From: Nemertoderma westbladi
Taxonomy: Eukaryota > Animalia > Xenacoelomorpha
DNA length: 64,000 nt
Direction of reading: 5' to 3'
Assembly (NCBI GenBank): GCA_032718475.1
Contig: JAUCBJ010008526.1
Coordinates: 1 to 64,000, forward strand
The notes under the pieces: generated by a model
Told to the model about the DNA's origin: nothing
What the model saw: only the letters and a program-made list of their open reading frames with translations
The model's database searches: none
Shown: positions 14,001 through 28,485 of the stretch, piece after piece
How the letters are laid out: each line of letters starts with the position of its first letter
How positions within the stretch are numbered: position 1 is the stretch's first letter
Program-made: the position numbers and the translations under genes

Positions 14001-17000
14001 TTAGTAATCTAGGAGAATTATAAGGAACACCTAGTGTTAGTAATCTAGGATAAATATAAGGAACACCTAGTGTTAGTAATCTAGGAGAAATATAAGGATC
14101 TAGGAGAAATATAAGGAACACCTAGTGTTAGTAATCTAGGAGAATTATAAGGAACACCTAGTGTTAGTAATCTAGGATAAATATAAGGAACACCTAGTGT
14201 TAGTAATCTAGGAGAAATATAAGGAACACCTAGTGTTAGTAATCTAGGAGAAATATAAGGAACACCTAGTGTTAGTAATCTAGGAGAAATATAAGGGATA
14301 CCTAGTGTTAGTAATCTAGGAGAAATATAAGGAACACCTAGTGTTAGTAATCTAGGATAAATATATAGAACACTTAATGTTAGTAATCTAGGATAAATAT
14401 AAGGGACACCTCGTGTTAGTAATCTAGGAGAAATATAAGGAACACCTAGTGTTAGTAATCTAGGATAAATATATAGAACACTTAATGTTAGTAATCTAGG
14501 ATAAATATAAGGGACACCTAGTGTTAGTAATCTAGGAGAAATATAAGGAACACCCAGTGTTAGTAATCTAGGATAAATATATAGAACACCTAGTGTTAGT
14601 AATCTAGGATAAATATAAGGGACACCTAGTGTTAGTAATCTAGGAGAAATATAAGGGACACCTAGTGTTAGTAATCTAGGAGAAATATAAGGGACACCTA
14701 GTGTTAGTAATCTAGGATAAATATAAGGAACACCAAGTGTTAGTAATCTAGGAGAATTATAAGGAACACCTAGTGTTAGTAATCTAGGAGAAATATAAGG
14801 GATACCTAGTGTTAGTAATCTAGGAGAAATATAAGGAACACCTAGTGTTAGTAATCTAGGATAAATATATAGAACACTTAATGTTAGTAATCTAGGATAA
14901 ATATATAGAACACTTAATGTTAGTAATCTAGGATAAATATAAGGAATGTTAGTAATCTAGGATAAATATAAGGGACACCTAGTGTTAGTAATCTAGGAGA
15001 ATTATAAGGAACACCTAGTGTTAGTAATCTAGGATAAATATAAGGAACACCTAGTGTTAGTAATCTAGGAGAAATATAAGGATCTAGGAGAAATATAAGG
15101 AACACCTAGTGTTAGTAATCTAGGAGAAATATAAGGGATACCTAGTGTTAGTAATCTAGGAGAAATATAAGGAACACCTAGTGTTAGTAATCTAGGAGAA
15201 ATATAAGGAACACCTAGTGTTAGTAATCTAGGATAAATATAAGGAACACTTAGTGTTAGTAATCTAGGATAAATATAAGGGACACCTAGTGTTAGTAATC
15301 TAGGATAAATATAAGGAACACCTAGTGTTAGTAATCTAGGAGAAATATAAGGAACACCAAGTGTTAGTAATCTAGGAGAAATATAAGGGGCACCTCTAGG
15401 ATTAATATAAGGAACACCTAGTGTTAGTAATCTAGGAGAAATATAAGGGACACCTAGTGTTAGTAATCTAGGAGAAATATAAGGGACACCTAGTGTTAAT
15501 AATCTAGGATAAATATAAGGAACACCTAGTGTTAGTAATCTAGGATAAATATAAGGAACACCTAGTGTTAGTAATCTAGGAGAAATATAAGGGACACCTA
15601 GTGTTAGTAATCTAGGAGAAATATAAGGGACACCTAGTGTTAATAATCTAGGATAAATATAAGGAACACCTAGTGTTAGTAATCTAGGATAAATATAAGG
15701 AACACCTAGTGTTAGTAATCTAGGAGAATTATAAGGAACACCTAGTGTTAGTAATCTAGGAGAAATATAAGGAATACCTAATGTTAGTAATCTAGGAGAA
15801 ATATAAGGAACACCTAGTGTTAGTAATCTAGGAGAATTATAAGGAACACCTAGTGTTAGTAATCTAGGATAAATATAAGGAACACCTAGTGTTAGTAATC
15901 TAGGAGAAATATAAGGAACACCTAGTGTTAGTAATCTAGGAGAAATATAAGGAACACCTAGTGTTAGTAATCTAGGAGAAATATAAGGGATACCTAGTGT
16001 TAGTAATCTAGGAGAAATATAAGGAACACCTAGTGTTAGTAATCTAGGATAAATATATAGAACACTTAATGTTAGTAATCTAGGATAAATATAAGGGACA
16101 CCTCGTGTTAGTAATCTAGGAGAAATATAAGGAACACCTAGTGTTAGTAATCTAGGATAAATATATAGAACACTTAATGTTAGTAATCTAGGATAAATAT
16201 AAGGGACACCTAGTGTTAGTAATCTAGGAGAAATATAAGGAACACCCAGTGTTAGTAATCTAGGATAAATATATAGAACACCTAGTGTTAGTAATCTAGG
16301 AGAAATATAAGGAACACTTAGTGTTAGTAATCTAGGAGAAATATAAGGAACACCTAGTGTTAGTAATCTAGGAGAAATATATAGAACACCTAGTGTTAGT
16401 AATCTAGGAGAAATATAAGGAACACTTAGTGTTAGTAATCTAGGAGAAATATAAGGAACACCTAGTGTTAGTAATCTAGGATAAATATAAGGAACACCTA
16501 GTGTTAGTAATCTAGGAGAAATATAAGGGATACCTAGTGTTAGTAATCTAGGAGAAATATAAGGAACACCTAGTGTTAGTAATCTAGGATAAATATATAG
16601 AACACTTAATGTTAGTAATCTAGGATAAATATAAGGGACACCTAGTGTTAGTAATCTAGGAGAAATATAAGGAACACCCAGTGTTAGTAATCTAGGATAA
16701 ATATAAGGAACACCTAGTGTTAGTAATCTAGGATAAATATATTGAACACTTAATGTTAGTAATCTAGGATAAATATAAGGGACACCTAGTGTTAGTAATC
16801 TAGGAGAAATATAAGGGACACCTAGTGTTAGTAATCTAGGAGAAATATAAGGAACACCTAGTGTTAGTAATCTAGGATAAATATATAGAACACTTAATGT
16901 TAGTAATCTAGGATAAATATAAGGGACACCTAGTGTTAGTAATCTAGGAGAAATATAAGGAACACCCAGTGTTAGTAATCTAGGATAAATATAAGGAACA

Positions 17001-20000
17001 CCTAGTGTTAGTAATCTAGGATAAATATATTGAACACTTAATGTTAGTAATCTAGGATAAATATAAGGGACACCTAGTGTTAGTAATCTAGGAGAAATAT
17101 AAGGGACACCTAGTGTTAGTGATCTAGGAGAAATATAAGGAACACTTAGTGTTAGTAATCTAGGAGAAATATAAGGGACACCTAGTGTTAGTAATCTAGG
17201 AGAAATATAAGGGACACCTAGTGTTAGTAATCTAGGATAAATATAAGGAACACCAAGTGTTAGTAATCTAGGAGAATTATAAGGAACACCTAGTGTTAGT
17301 AATCTAGGAGAAATATAAGGGATACCTAGTGTTAGTAATCTAGGAGAAATATAAGGAACACCTAGTGTTAGTAATCTAGGATAAATATATAGAACACTTA
17401 ATGTTAGTAATCTAGGATAAATATAAGGGACACCTAGTGTTAGTAATCTAGGAGAATTATAAGGAACACCTAGTGTTAGTAATCTAGGAGAAATATAAGG
17501 AATACCTAATGTTAGTAATCTAGGAGAAATATAAGGAACACCTAGTGTTAGTAATCTAGGAGAATTATAAGGAACACCTAGTGTTAGTAATCTAGGATAA
17601 ATATAAGGAACACCTAGTGTTAGTAATCTAGGAGAAATATAAGGAACACCTAGTGTTAGTAATCTAGGAGAAATATAAGGAACACCTGGTGTTAGTAATC
17701 TAGGAGAAATATAAGGGATACCTAGTGTTAGTAATCTAGGAGAAATATAAGGAACACCTAGTGTTAGTAATCTAGGATAAATATATAGAACACTTAATGT
17801 TAGTAATCTAGGATAAATATAAGGGACACCTCGTGTTAGTAATCTAGGAGAAATATAAGGAACACCTAGTGTTAGTAATCTAGGATAAATATATAGAACA
17901 CTTAATGTTAGTAATCTAGGATAAATATAAGGGACACCTAGTGTTAGTAATCTAGGAGAAATATAAGGAACACCCAGTGTTAGTAATCTAGGATAAATAT
18001 AGAGAACACCTAGTGTTAGTAATCTAGGAGAAATATAAGGAACACTTAGTGTTAGTAATCTAGGAGAAATATAAGGAACACCTAGTGTTAGTAATCTAGG
18101 AGAAATATATAGAACACCTAGTGTTAGTAATCTAGGAGAAATATAAGGAACACTTAGTGTTAGTAATCTAGGAGAAATATAAGGAACACCTAGTGTTAGT
18201 AATCTAGGATAAATATAAGGAACACCTAGTGTTAGTAATCTAGGAGAAATATAAGGGATACCTAGTGTTAGTAATCTAGGAGAAATATAAGGAACACCTA
18301 GTGTTAGTAATCTAGGATAAATATATAGAACACTTAATGTTAGTAATCTAGGATAAATATAAGGGACACCTAGTGTTAGTAATCTAGGAGAAATATAAGG
18401 AACACCCAGTGTTAGTAATCTAGGATAAATATAAGGAACACCTAGTGTTAGTAATCTAGGATAAATATATTGAACACTTAATGTTAGTAATCTAGGATAA
18501 ATATAAGGGACACCTAGTGTTAGTAATCTAGGAGAAATATAAGGGACACCTAGTGTTAGTAATCTAGGAGAAATATAAGGGACACCTAGTGTTAGTAATC
18601 TAGGATAAATATAAGGAACACCAAGTGTTAGTAATCTAGGAGAATTATAAGGAACACCTAGTGTTAGTAATCTAGGAGAAATATAAGGGATACCTAGTGT
18701 TAGTAATCTAGGAGAAATATAAGGAACACCTAGTGTTAGTAATCTAGGATAAATATATAGAACACTTAATGTTAGTAATCTAGGATAAATATATAGAACA
18801 CTTAATGTTAGTAATCTAGGATAAATATAAGGAATGTTAGTAATCTAGGATAAATATAAGGGACACCTAGTGTTAGTAATCTAGGAGAATTATAAGGAAC
18901 ACCTAGTGTTAGTAATCTAGGATAAATATAAGGAACACCTAGTGTTAGTAATCTAGGAGAAATATAAGGATCTAGGAGAAATATAAGGAACACCTAGTGT
19001 TAGTAATCTAGGAGAATTATAAGGAACACCTAGTGTTAGTAATCTAGGATAAATATAAGGAACACCTAGTGTTAGTAATCTAGGAGAAATATAAGGAACA
19101 CCTAGTGTTAGTAATCTAGGAGAAATATAAGGAACACCTAGTGTTAGTAATCTAGGAGAAATATAAGGGATACCTAGTGTTAGTAATCTAGGAGAAATAT
19201 AAGGAACACCTAGTGTTAGTAATCTAGGATAAATATATAGAACACTTAATGTTAGTAATCTAGGATAAATATAAGGGACACCTCGTGTTAGTAATCTAGG
19301 AGAAATATAAGGAACACCTAGTGTTAGTAATCTAGGATAAATATATAGAACACTTAATGTTAGTAATCTAGGATAAATATAAGGGACACCTAGTGTTAGT
19401 AATCTAGGAGAAATATAAGGAACACCCAGTGTTAGTAATCTAGGATAAATATATAGAACACCTAGTGTTAGTAATCTAGGAGAAATATAAGGAACACTTA
19501 GTGTTAGTAATCTAGGAGAAATATAAGGAACACCTAGTGTTAGTAATCTAGGAGAAATATATAGAACACCTAGTGTTAGTAATCTAGGAGAAATATAAGG
19601 AACACTTAGTGTTAGTAATCTAGGAGAAATATAAGGAACACCTAGTGTTTGTAATCTAGGATAAATATAAGGAACACCTAGTGTTAGTAATCTAGGAGAA
19701 ATATAAGGGATACCTAGTGTTAGTAATCTAGGAGAAATATAAGGAACACCTAGTGTTAGTAATCTAGGATAAATATATAGAACACTTAATGTTAGTAATC
19801 TAGGATAAATATAAGGGACACCTAGTGTTAGTAATCTAGGAGAAATATAAGGAACACCCAGTGTTAGTAATCTAGGATAAATATAAGGAACACCTAGTGT
19901 TAGTAATCTAGGATAAATATATTGAACACTTAATGTTAGTAATCTAGGATAAATATAAGGGACACCTAGTGTTAGTAATCTAGGAGAAATATAAGGGACA

Positions 20001-23000
20001 CCTAGTGTTAGTAATCTAGGAGAAATATAAGGGACACCTAGTGTTAGTAATCTAGGATAAATATAAGGAACACCAAGTGTTAGTAATCTAGGAGAATTAT
20101 AAGGAACACCTAGTGTTAGTAATCTAGGAGAAATATAAGGGATACCTAGTGTTAGTAATCTAGGAGAAATATAAGGAACACCTAGTGTTAGTAATCTAGG
20201 ATAAATATATAGAACACTTAATGTTAGTAATCTAGGATAAATATAAGGGACACCTAGTGTTAGTAATCTAGGAGAATTATAAGGAACACCTAGTGTTAGT
20301 AATCTAGGAGAAATATAAGGAATACCTAATGTTAGTAATCTAGGAGAAATATAAGGAACACCTAGTGTTAGTAATCTAGGAGAATTATAAGGAACACCTA
20401 GTGTTAGTAATCTAGGATAAATATAAGGAACACCTAGTGTTAGTAATCTAGGAGAAATATAAGGAACACCTAGTGTTAGTAATCTAGGAGAAATATAAGG
20501 AACACCTAGTGTTAGTAATCTAGGAGAAATATAAGGGATACCTAGTGTTAGTAATCTAGGAGAAATATAAGGAACACCTAGTGTTAGTAATCTAGGATAA
20601 ATATATAGAACACTTAATGTTAGTAATCTAGGATAAATATAAGGGACACCTCGTGTTAGTAATCTAGGAGAAATATAAGGAACACCTAGTGTTAGTAATC
20701 TAGGATAAATATATAGAACACTTAATGTTAGTAATCTAGGATAAATATAAGGGACACCTAGTGTTAGTAATCTAGGAGAAATATAAGGAACACCCAGTGT
20801 TAGTAATCTAGGATAAATATATAGAACACCTAGTGTTAGTAATCTAGGAGAAATATAAGGAACACTTAGTGTTAGTAATCTAGGAGAAATATAAGGAACA
20901 CCTAGTGTTAGTAATCTAGGAGAAATATATAGAACACCTAGTGTTAGTAATCTAGGAGAAATATAAGGAACACTTAGTGTTAGTAATCTAGGAGAAATAT
21001 AAGGAACACCTAGTGTTAGTAATCTAGGATAAATATAAGGAACACCTAGTGTTAGTAATCTAGGAGAAATATAAGGGATACCTAGTGTTAGTAATCTAGG
21101 AGAAATATAAGGAACACCTAGTGTTAGTAATCTAGGATAAATATATAGAACACTTAATGTTAGTAATCTAGGATAAATATAAGGGACACCTAGTGTTAGT
21201 AATCTAGGAGAAATATAAGGAACACCCAGTGTTAGTAATCTAGGATAAATATAAGGAACACCTAGTGTTAGTAATCTAGGATAAATATATTGAACACTTA
21301 ATGTTAGTAATCTAGGATAAATATAAGGGACACCTAGTGTTAGTAATCTAGGAGAAATATAAGGGACACCTAGTGTTAGTAATCTAGGAGAAATATAAGG
21401 GACACCTAGTGTTAGTAATCTAGGATAAATATAAGGAACACCAAGTGTTAGTAATCTAGGAGAATTATAAGGAACACCTAGTGTTAGTAATCTAGGAGAA
21501 ATATAAGGGATACCTAGTGTTAGTAATCTAGGAGAAATATAAGGAACACCTAGTGTTAGTAATCTAGGATAAATATATAGAACACTTAATGTTAGTAATC
21601 TAGGATAAATATAAGGGACACCTAGTGTTAGTAATCTAGGAGAAATATAAGGAACACCCAGTGTTAGTAATCTAGGATAAATATAAGGAACACCTAGTGT
21701 TAGTAATCTAGGATAAATATATTGAACACTTAATGTTAGTAATCTAGGATAAATATAAGGGACACCTAGTGTTAGTAATCTAGGAGAAATATAAGGGACA
21801 CCTAGTGTTAGTAATCTAGGAGAAATATAAGGGACACCTAGTGTTAGTAATCTAGGATAAATATAAGGAACACCAAGTGTTAGTAATCTAGGAGAATTAT
21901 AAGGAACACCTAGTGTTAGTAATCTAGGAGAATTATAAGGAACACTTAGTGTTAGTAATCTAGGAGAATTATAAGGAACACTTAATGTTAGTAATCTAGG
22001 ATAAATATAAGGGACACCTAGTGTTAGTAATCTAGGAGAATTATAAGGAACACCTAGTGTTAGTAATCTAGGAGAAATATAAGGAACACTTAGTGTTAGT
22101 AATCTAGGATAAATATAAGGAACACCTAGTGTTAGTAATCTAGGATATTATAAGGAACACCTAGTGTTAGTAATCTAGGAGAATTATAAGGAACACTTAA
22201 TGTTAGTAATCTAGGAGAAATATAAGGAACACTTAATGTTAGTAATCTAGGATAAATATAAGGGACACCTAGTGTTAGTAATCTAGGAGAAATATAAGGG
22301 ACACCTAGTGTTAGTAATCTAGGAGAAATATAAGGGACACCTAGTGTTAGTAATCTAGGATAAATATAAGGAACACCAAGTGTTAGTAATCTAGGAGAAT
22401 TATAAGGAACACCTAGTGTTAGTAATCTAGGAGAATTATAAGGAACACCTAGTGTTAGTAATCTAGGATAAATATAAGGAACACCTAGTGTTAGTAATCT
22501 AGGATAAATATAAGGAATACCTAATGTTAGTAATCTAGGAGAAATATATAGAACACTTAATGTTAGTAATCTAGGAGAATTATAAGGAACACCTAGTGTT
22601 AGTAATCTAGGATAAATATAAGGAATACCTAATGTTAGTAATCTAGGAGAAATATATAGAACACTTAATGTTAGTAATCTAGGAGAATTATAAGGAACAC
22701 CTAGTGTTAGTAATCTAGGATAAATATAAGGAACACCTAATGTTAGTAATCTAGGATAAATATAAGGGACACCTAGTGTTAGTAATCTAGGAGAAATATA
22801 AGGGATACCTAGTGTTAGTAATCTAGGAGAAATATAAGGAACACCTAGTGTTAGTAATCTAGGATAAATATATTGAACACTTAATGTTAGTAATCTAGGA
22901 TAAATATAAGGGACACCTAGTGTTAGTAATCTAGGAGAAATATAAGGGACACCTAGTGTTAGTAATCTAGGAGAAATATAAGGGACACCTAGTGTTAGTA

Positions 23001-26000
23001 ATCTAGGATAAATATATTGAACACTTAGTGTTAGTAATCTAGGAGAAATATAAGGAACACCTAGTGTTAGTAATCTAGGATAAATATAAGGAATACCTAG
23101 TGTTAGTAATCTAGGAGAAATATAAGGAACACCTAGTGTTAGTAATCTAGGATAAATATATTGAACACTTAATGTTAGTAATCTAGGATAAATATAAGGG
23201 ACACCTAGTGTTAGTAATCTAGGAGAAATATAAGGGACACCTAGTGTTAGTAATCTAGGAGAAATATAAGGGACACCTAGTGTTAGTAATCTAGGATAAA
23301 TATAAGGAACACCAAGTGTTAGTAATCTAGGAGAAATATAAGGAACACCTAGTGTTAGTAATCTAGGAGAATTATAAGGAACACCTAGTGTTAGTAATCT
23401 AGGATAAATATAAGGAACACCTAGTGTTAGTAATCTAGGAGAAATATAAGGAACACCTAGTGTTAGTAATCTAGGAGAAATATAAGGAACACCTAGTGTT
23501 AGTAATCTAGGAGAAATATAAGGAACACCTAGTGTTAGTAATCTAGGAGAAATATAAGGAACACCTAGTGTTAGTAATCTAGGAGAAATATAAGGGACAC
23601 CTTGTGTTAGTAATCTAGGATAAATATAAGGAACACCTAGTGTTAGTAATCTAGGAGAAATATAAGGAACACCCAGTGTTAGTAATCTAGGATAAATATA
23701 AGGAACACCTCGTGTTAGTAATCTAGGATAAATATAAGGAACACCTAGTGTTAGTAATCTAGGAGAAATATAAGGAACACCTAGTGTTAGTAATCTAGGA
23801 GAAATATAAGGGACACCTTGTGTTAGTAATCTAGGATAAATATAAGGAACACCTAGTGTTAGTAATCTAGGAGAAATATAAGGAACACCTAGTGTTAGTA
23901 ATCTAGGAGAAATATAAGGAACACCTAGTGTTAGTAATCTAGGAGAAATATAAGGGACACCTTGTGTTAGTAATCTAGGATAAATATAAGGAACACCTAG
24001 TGTTAGTAATCTAGGAGAAATATAAGGAACACCCAGTGTTAGTAATCTAGGATAAATATAAGGAACACCTCGTGTTAGTAATCTAGGATAAATATAAGGG
24101 ACACCTAGTGTTAGTAATCTAGGAGAAATATAAGGGATACCTAGTGTTAGTAATCTAGGAGAAATATAAGGAACACCTAGTGTTAGTAATCTAGGATAAA
24201 TATAAGGAACACCTAGTGTTAGTAATCTAGGATAAATATATAGAACACCTAGTGTTAGTAATCTAGGATAAATATAAGGAACACCTAGTGTTAGTAATCT
24301 AGGAGAAATATAAGTAACACCTAGTGTTAGTAATCTAGGATATATATAAGGAACACCTAGTGTTAGTAATCTAGGATAAATATAAGGAACACCTAGTGTT
24401 AGTAATCTAGGAGAAATATATAGAACACCTAGTGTTATTAATCTAGGATAAATATATTGAACACTTAATGTTAGTGATCTAGGAGAAATATAAGGAACAC
24501 CTAGTGTTAGTAATCTAGGATAAATATAAGGAACACCTAGTGTTAGTAATCTAGGATAAATATAAGGAACACCTAGTGTTAGTAATCTAGGAGAAATATA
24601 TAGAACACCTAGTGTTATTAATCTAGGATAAATATAAGGAACACCTAGTGTTAGTAATCTAGGATAAATATATTGAACACTTAATGTTAGTAATCTAGGA
24701 GAAATATAAGGAACACCTAGTGTTAGTAATCTAGGAGAATTATAAGGAACACCTAGTGTTAGTAGTCTAGGAGAAATATAAGGGACACCTAGTGTTAGTA
24801 ATCTAGGAGAAATATAAGGGACACCTAGTGTTAGTAATCTAGGATAAATATAAGGAACACCAAGTGTTAGTAATCTAGGAGAAATATAAGGAACACCTAG
24901 TGTTAGTAATCTAGGAGAATTATAAGGAACACCTAGTGTTAGTAATCTAGGATAAATATAAGGAACACCTAGTGTTAGTAATCTAGGAGAAATATAAGGA
25001 ACACCTAGTGTTAGTAATCTAGGAGAAATATAAGGGACACCTTGTGTTAGTAATCTAGGATAAATATAAGGAACACCTAGTGTTAGTAATCTAGGAGAAA
25101 TATAAGGAACACCCAGTGTTAGTAACCTAGGAGAAATGTGAGGAACACCTAGTGTTAGTAATCTAGGAGAAATATAAGGGACACCTTGTGTTAGTAATCT
25201 AGGATAAATATAAGGAACACCTAGTGTTAGTAATCTAGGAGAAATATAAGGAACACTTAGTGTTAGTAATTTAGGAGAAATATAAGGAACACTTAGTGTT
25301 AGTAATTTAGGAGAATTATAAGGAACACCTAGTGTTAGTAATCTAGGAGAAATATAAGGAACACCTAGTGTTAGTAATCTAGGAGAAATATAAGGAACAC
25401 CTAGTGTTAGTAATCTAGGAGAAATATAAGGGACACCTTGTGTTTGTAATCTAGGATAAATATAAGGAACACCTAGTGTTAGTAATCTAGGAGAAATATA
25501 AGGAACACTTAGTGTTAGTAATTTAGGAGAAATATAAGGAACACCTAGTGTTAGTAATCTAGGATAAATATAAGGAACACCTAGTGTTAGTAATCTAGGA
25601 TAAATATATAGAACACCTAGTGTTAGTAATCTAGGATAAATATATTGAACACTTAATGTTAGTAATCTAGGAGAAATATAAGGAACACCTAGTGTTAGTA
25701 ATCTAGGAGAATTATAAGGAACACCTAGTGTTAGTAGTCTAGGAGAAATATAAGGGACACCTAGTGTTAGTAATCTAGGAGAAATATAAGGGACACCTAG
25801 TGTTAGTAATCTAGGATAAATATAAGGAACACCAAGTGTTAGTAATCTAGGAGAAATATAAGGAACACCTAGTGTTAGTAATCTAGGAGAATTATAAGGA
25901 ACACCTAGTGTTAGTAATCTAGGATAAATATAAGGAACACCTAGTGTTAGTAATCTAGGAGAAATATAAGGAACACCTAGTGTTAGTAATCTAGGAGAAA

Positions 26001-28274
26001 TATAAGGGACACCTTGTGTTAGTAATCTAGGATAAATATAAGGAACACCTAGTGTTAGTAATCTAGGAGAAATATAAGGAACACCCAGTGTTAGTAACCT
26101 AGGAGAAATGTGAGGAACACCTAGTGTTAGTAATCTAGGAGAAATATAAGGGACACCTTGTGTTAGTAATCTAGGATAAATATAAGGAACACCTAGTGTT
26201 AGTAATCTAGGAGAAATATAAGGAACACTTAGTGTTAGTAATTTAGGAGAAATATAAGGAACACTTAGTGTTAGTAATTTAGGAGAATTATAAGGAACAC
26301 CTAGTGTTAGTAATCTAGGAGAAATATAAGGAACACCTAGTGTTAGTAATCTAGGAGAAATATAAGGAACACCTAGTGTTAGTAATCTAGGAGAAATATA
26401 AGGGACACCTTGTGTTAGTAATCTAGGATAAATATAAGGAACACCTAGTGTTAGTAATCTAGGAGAAATATAAGGAACACTTAGTGTTAGTAATTTAGGA
26501 GAAATATAAGGAACACCTAGTGTTAGTAATCTAGGATAAATATAAGGAACACCTAGTGTTAGTAATCTAGGATAAATATATAGAACACCTAGTGTTAGTA
26601 ATCTAGGATAAATATAAGGAACACCTAGTGTTAGTAATCTAGGAGAAATATAAGTAACACCTAGTGTTAGTAATCTAGGATATATATAAGGAACACCTAG
26701 TGTTAGTAATCTAGGATAAATATAAGGAACACCTAGTGTTAGTAATCTAGGAGAAATATATAGAACACCTAGTGTTATTAATCTAGGATAAATATATTGA
26801 ACACTTAATGTTAGTGATCTAGGAGAAATATAAGGAACACCTAGTGTTAGTAATCTAGGATAAATATAAGGAACACCTAGTGTTAGTAATCTAGGATAAA
26901 TATAAGTAACACCTAGTGTTAGTAATCTAGGATATATATAAGGAACACCTAGTGTTAGTAATCTAGGATAAATATAAGGAACACCTAGTGTTAGTAATCT
27001 AGGAGAAATATATAGAACACCTAGTGTTATTAATCTAGGATAAATATATTGAACACTTAATGTTAGTGATCTAGGAGAAATATAAGGGACACCTAGTGTT
27101 AGTAATCTAGGAGAAATATAAGGAACACTTAGTGTTAGTAATCTAGGAGAAATATAAGGAACACCTAGTGTTAGTAGTCTAGGAGAAATATAAGGGACAC
27201 CTAGTGTTAGTAATCTAGGAGAATTATAAGGAACACCTAGTGTTAGTAGTCTAGGAGAAATATAAGGGACACCTAGTGTTAGTAATCTAGGAGAAATATA
27301 AGGGACACCTAGTGTTAGTAATCTAGGATAAATATAAGGAACACCAAGTGTTAGTAATCTAGGAGAAATATAAGGAACACCTAGTGTTAGTAATCTAGGA
27401 GAATTATAAGGAACACCTAGTGTTAGTAATCTAGGATAAATATAAGGAACACCTAGTGTTAGTAATCTAGGAGAAATATAAGGAACACCTAGTGTTAGTA
27501 ATCTAGGAGAAATATAAGGGACACCTTGTGTTAGTAATCTAGGATAAATATAAGGAACACCTAGTGTTAGTAATCTAGGAGAAATATAAGGAACACCCAG
27601 TGTTAGTAACCTAGGAGAAATGTGAGGAACACCTAGTGTTAGTAATCTAGGAGAAATATAAGGGACACCTTGTGTTAGTAATCTAGGATAAATATAAGGA
27701 ACACCTAGTGTTAGTAATCTAGGAGAAATATAAGGAACACTTAGTGTTAGTAATTTAGGAGAATTATAAGGAACACCTAGTGTTAGTAATCTAGGAGAAA
27801 TATAAGGAACACCTAGTGTTAGTAATCTAGGAGAATTATAAGGAACACCTAGTGTTAGTAATCTAGGAGAAATATAAGGAACACCAAGAGTTAGTAATCT
27901 AGGAGAAATATAAGGAACACCTAGTGTTAGTAATCTAGGAGAATTATAAGGAACACCTAGTGTTAGTAATCTAGGATAAATATAAGGAACACCTAGTGTT
28001 AGTAATCTAGGAGAAATATAAGGAACACCTAGTGTTAGTAATCTAGGAGAAATATAAGTAACACCTAGTGTTAGTAATCTAGGATATATATAAGGGACAC
28101 CTAGTGTTAGTAATCTAGGATAAATATAAGGAACACCCAGTGTTAGTAACCTAGGAGAAATGTGAGGACACTTAGTGTTAGTAATTTAGGAGAAATATTT
28201 AGAACACCTAGTGTTAGTAATCTAGGAGAAATATAAGGAACACCTAGTGTTAGTGATCTAGGAGAAATATAAGG
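2013..28274. repeat. 36-bp satellite array, ~730 units, consensus ACACCTAGTGTTAGTAATCTAGGAGAAATATAAGGA
   Basis: Directly visible head-to-tail repeat with recurring variant units and higher-order periods of 899, 852/708, 984, 972 and 4872 bp. Confidence 0.99.
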
Positions 28275-28309
28275 CCCACTTTTACCCCGAGTATAATACC
28301 ACACAGTAC

Positions 28310-28426
28310 CATACATACATACATACATACATACATACATACATACATACATACATACATACATACATACATACATACATACATACATACATACATACAT
28401 ACATACATACATACATTCATACATAC
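28310..28426. repeat. (CATA)n microsatellite in the isomerase-gene intron
   Basis: About 29 near-perfect tetranucleotide units. Confidence 0.98.
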
Positions 28427-28485
28427 CGTTAGATTCATTTATTATTCTAGAATAATTATACAATAATATCGACAGGTTGGTTTAC

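Noticed and set aside
13936-18993. Three identical 61-aa ORFs as separate genes
   Set aside because: They arise from paired deletion units within higher-order repeats of the satellite. Only the LLTLGVP part is informative (see findings).
2013-28274. CRISPR array (36-bp repeat with internal hairpins CCTAG...CTAGG and ACAC...GTGT)
   Set aside because: Units are contiguous with no spacers, there are no cas genes, and the context is spliced eukaryotic genes.
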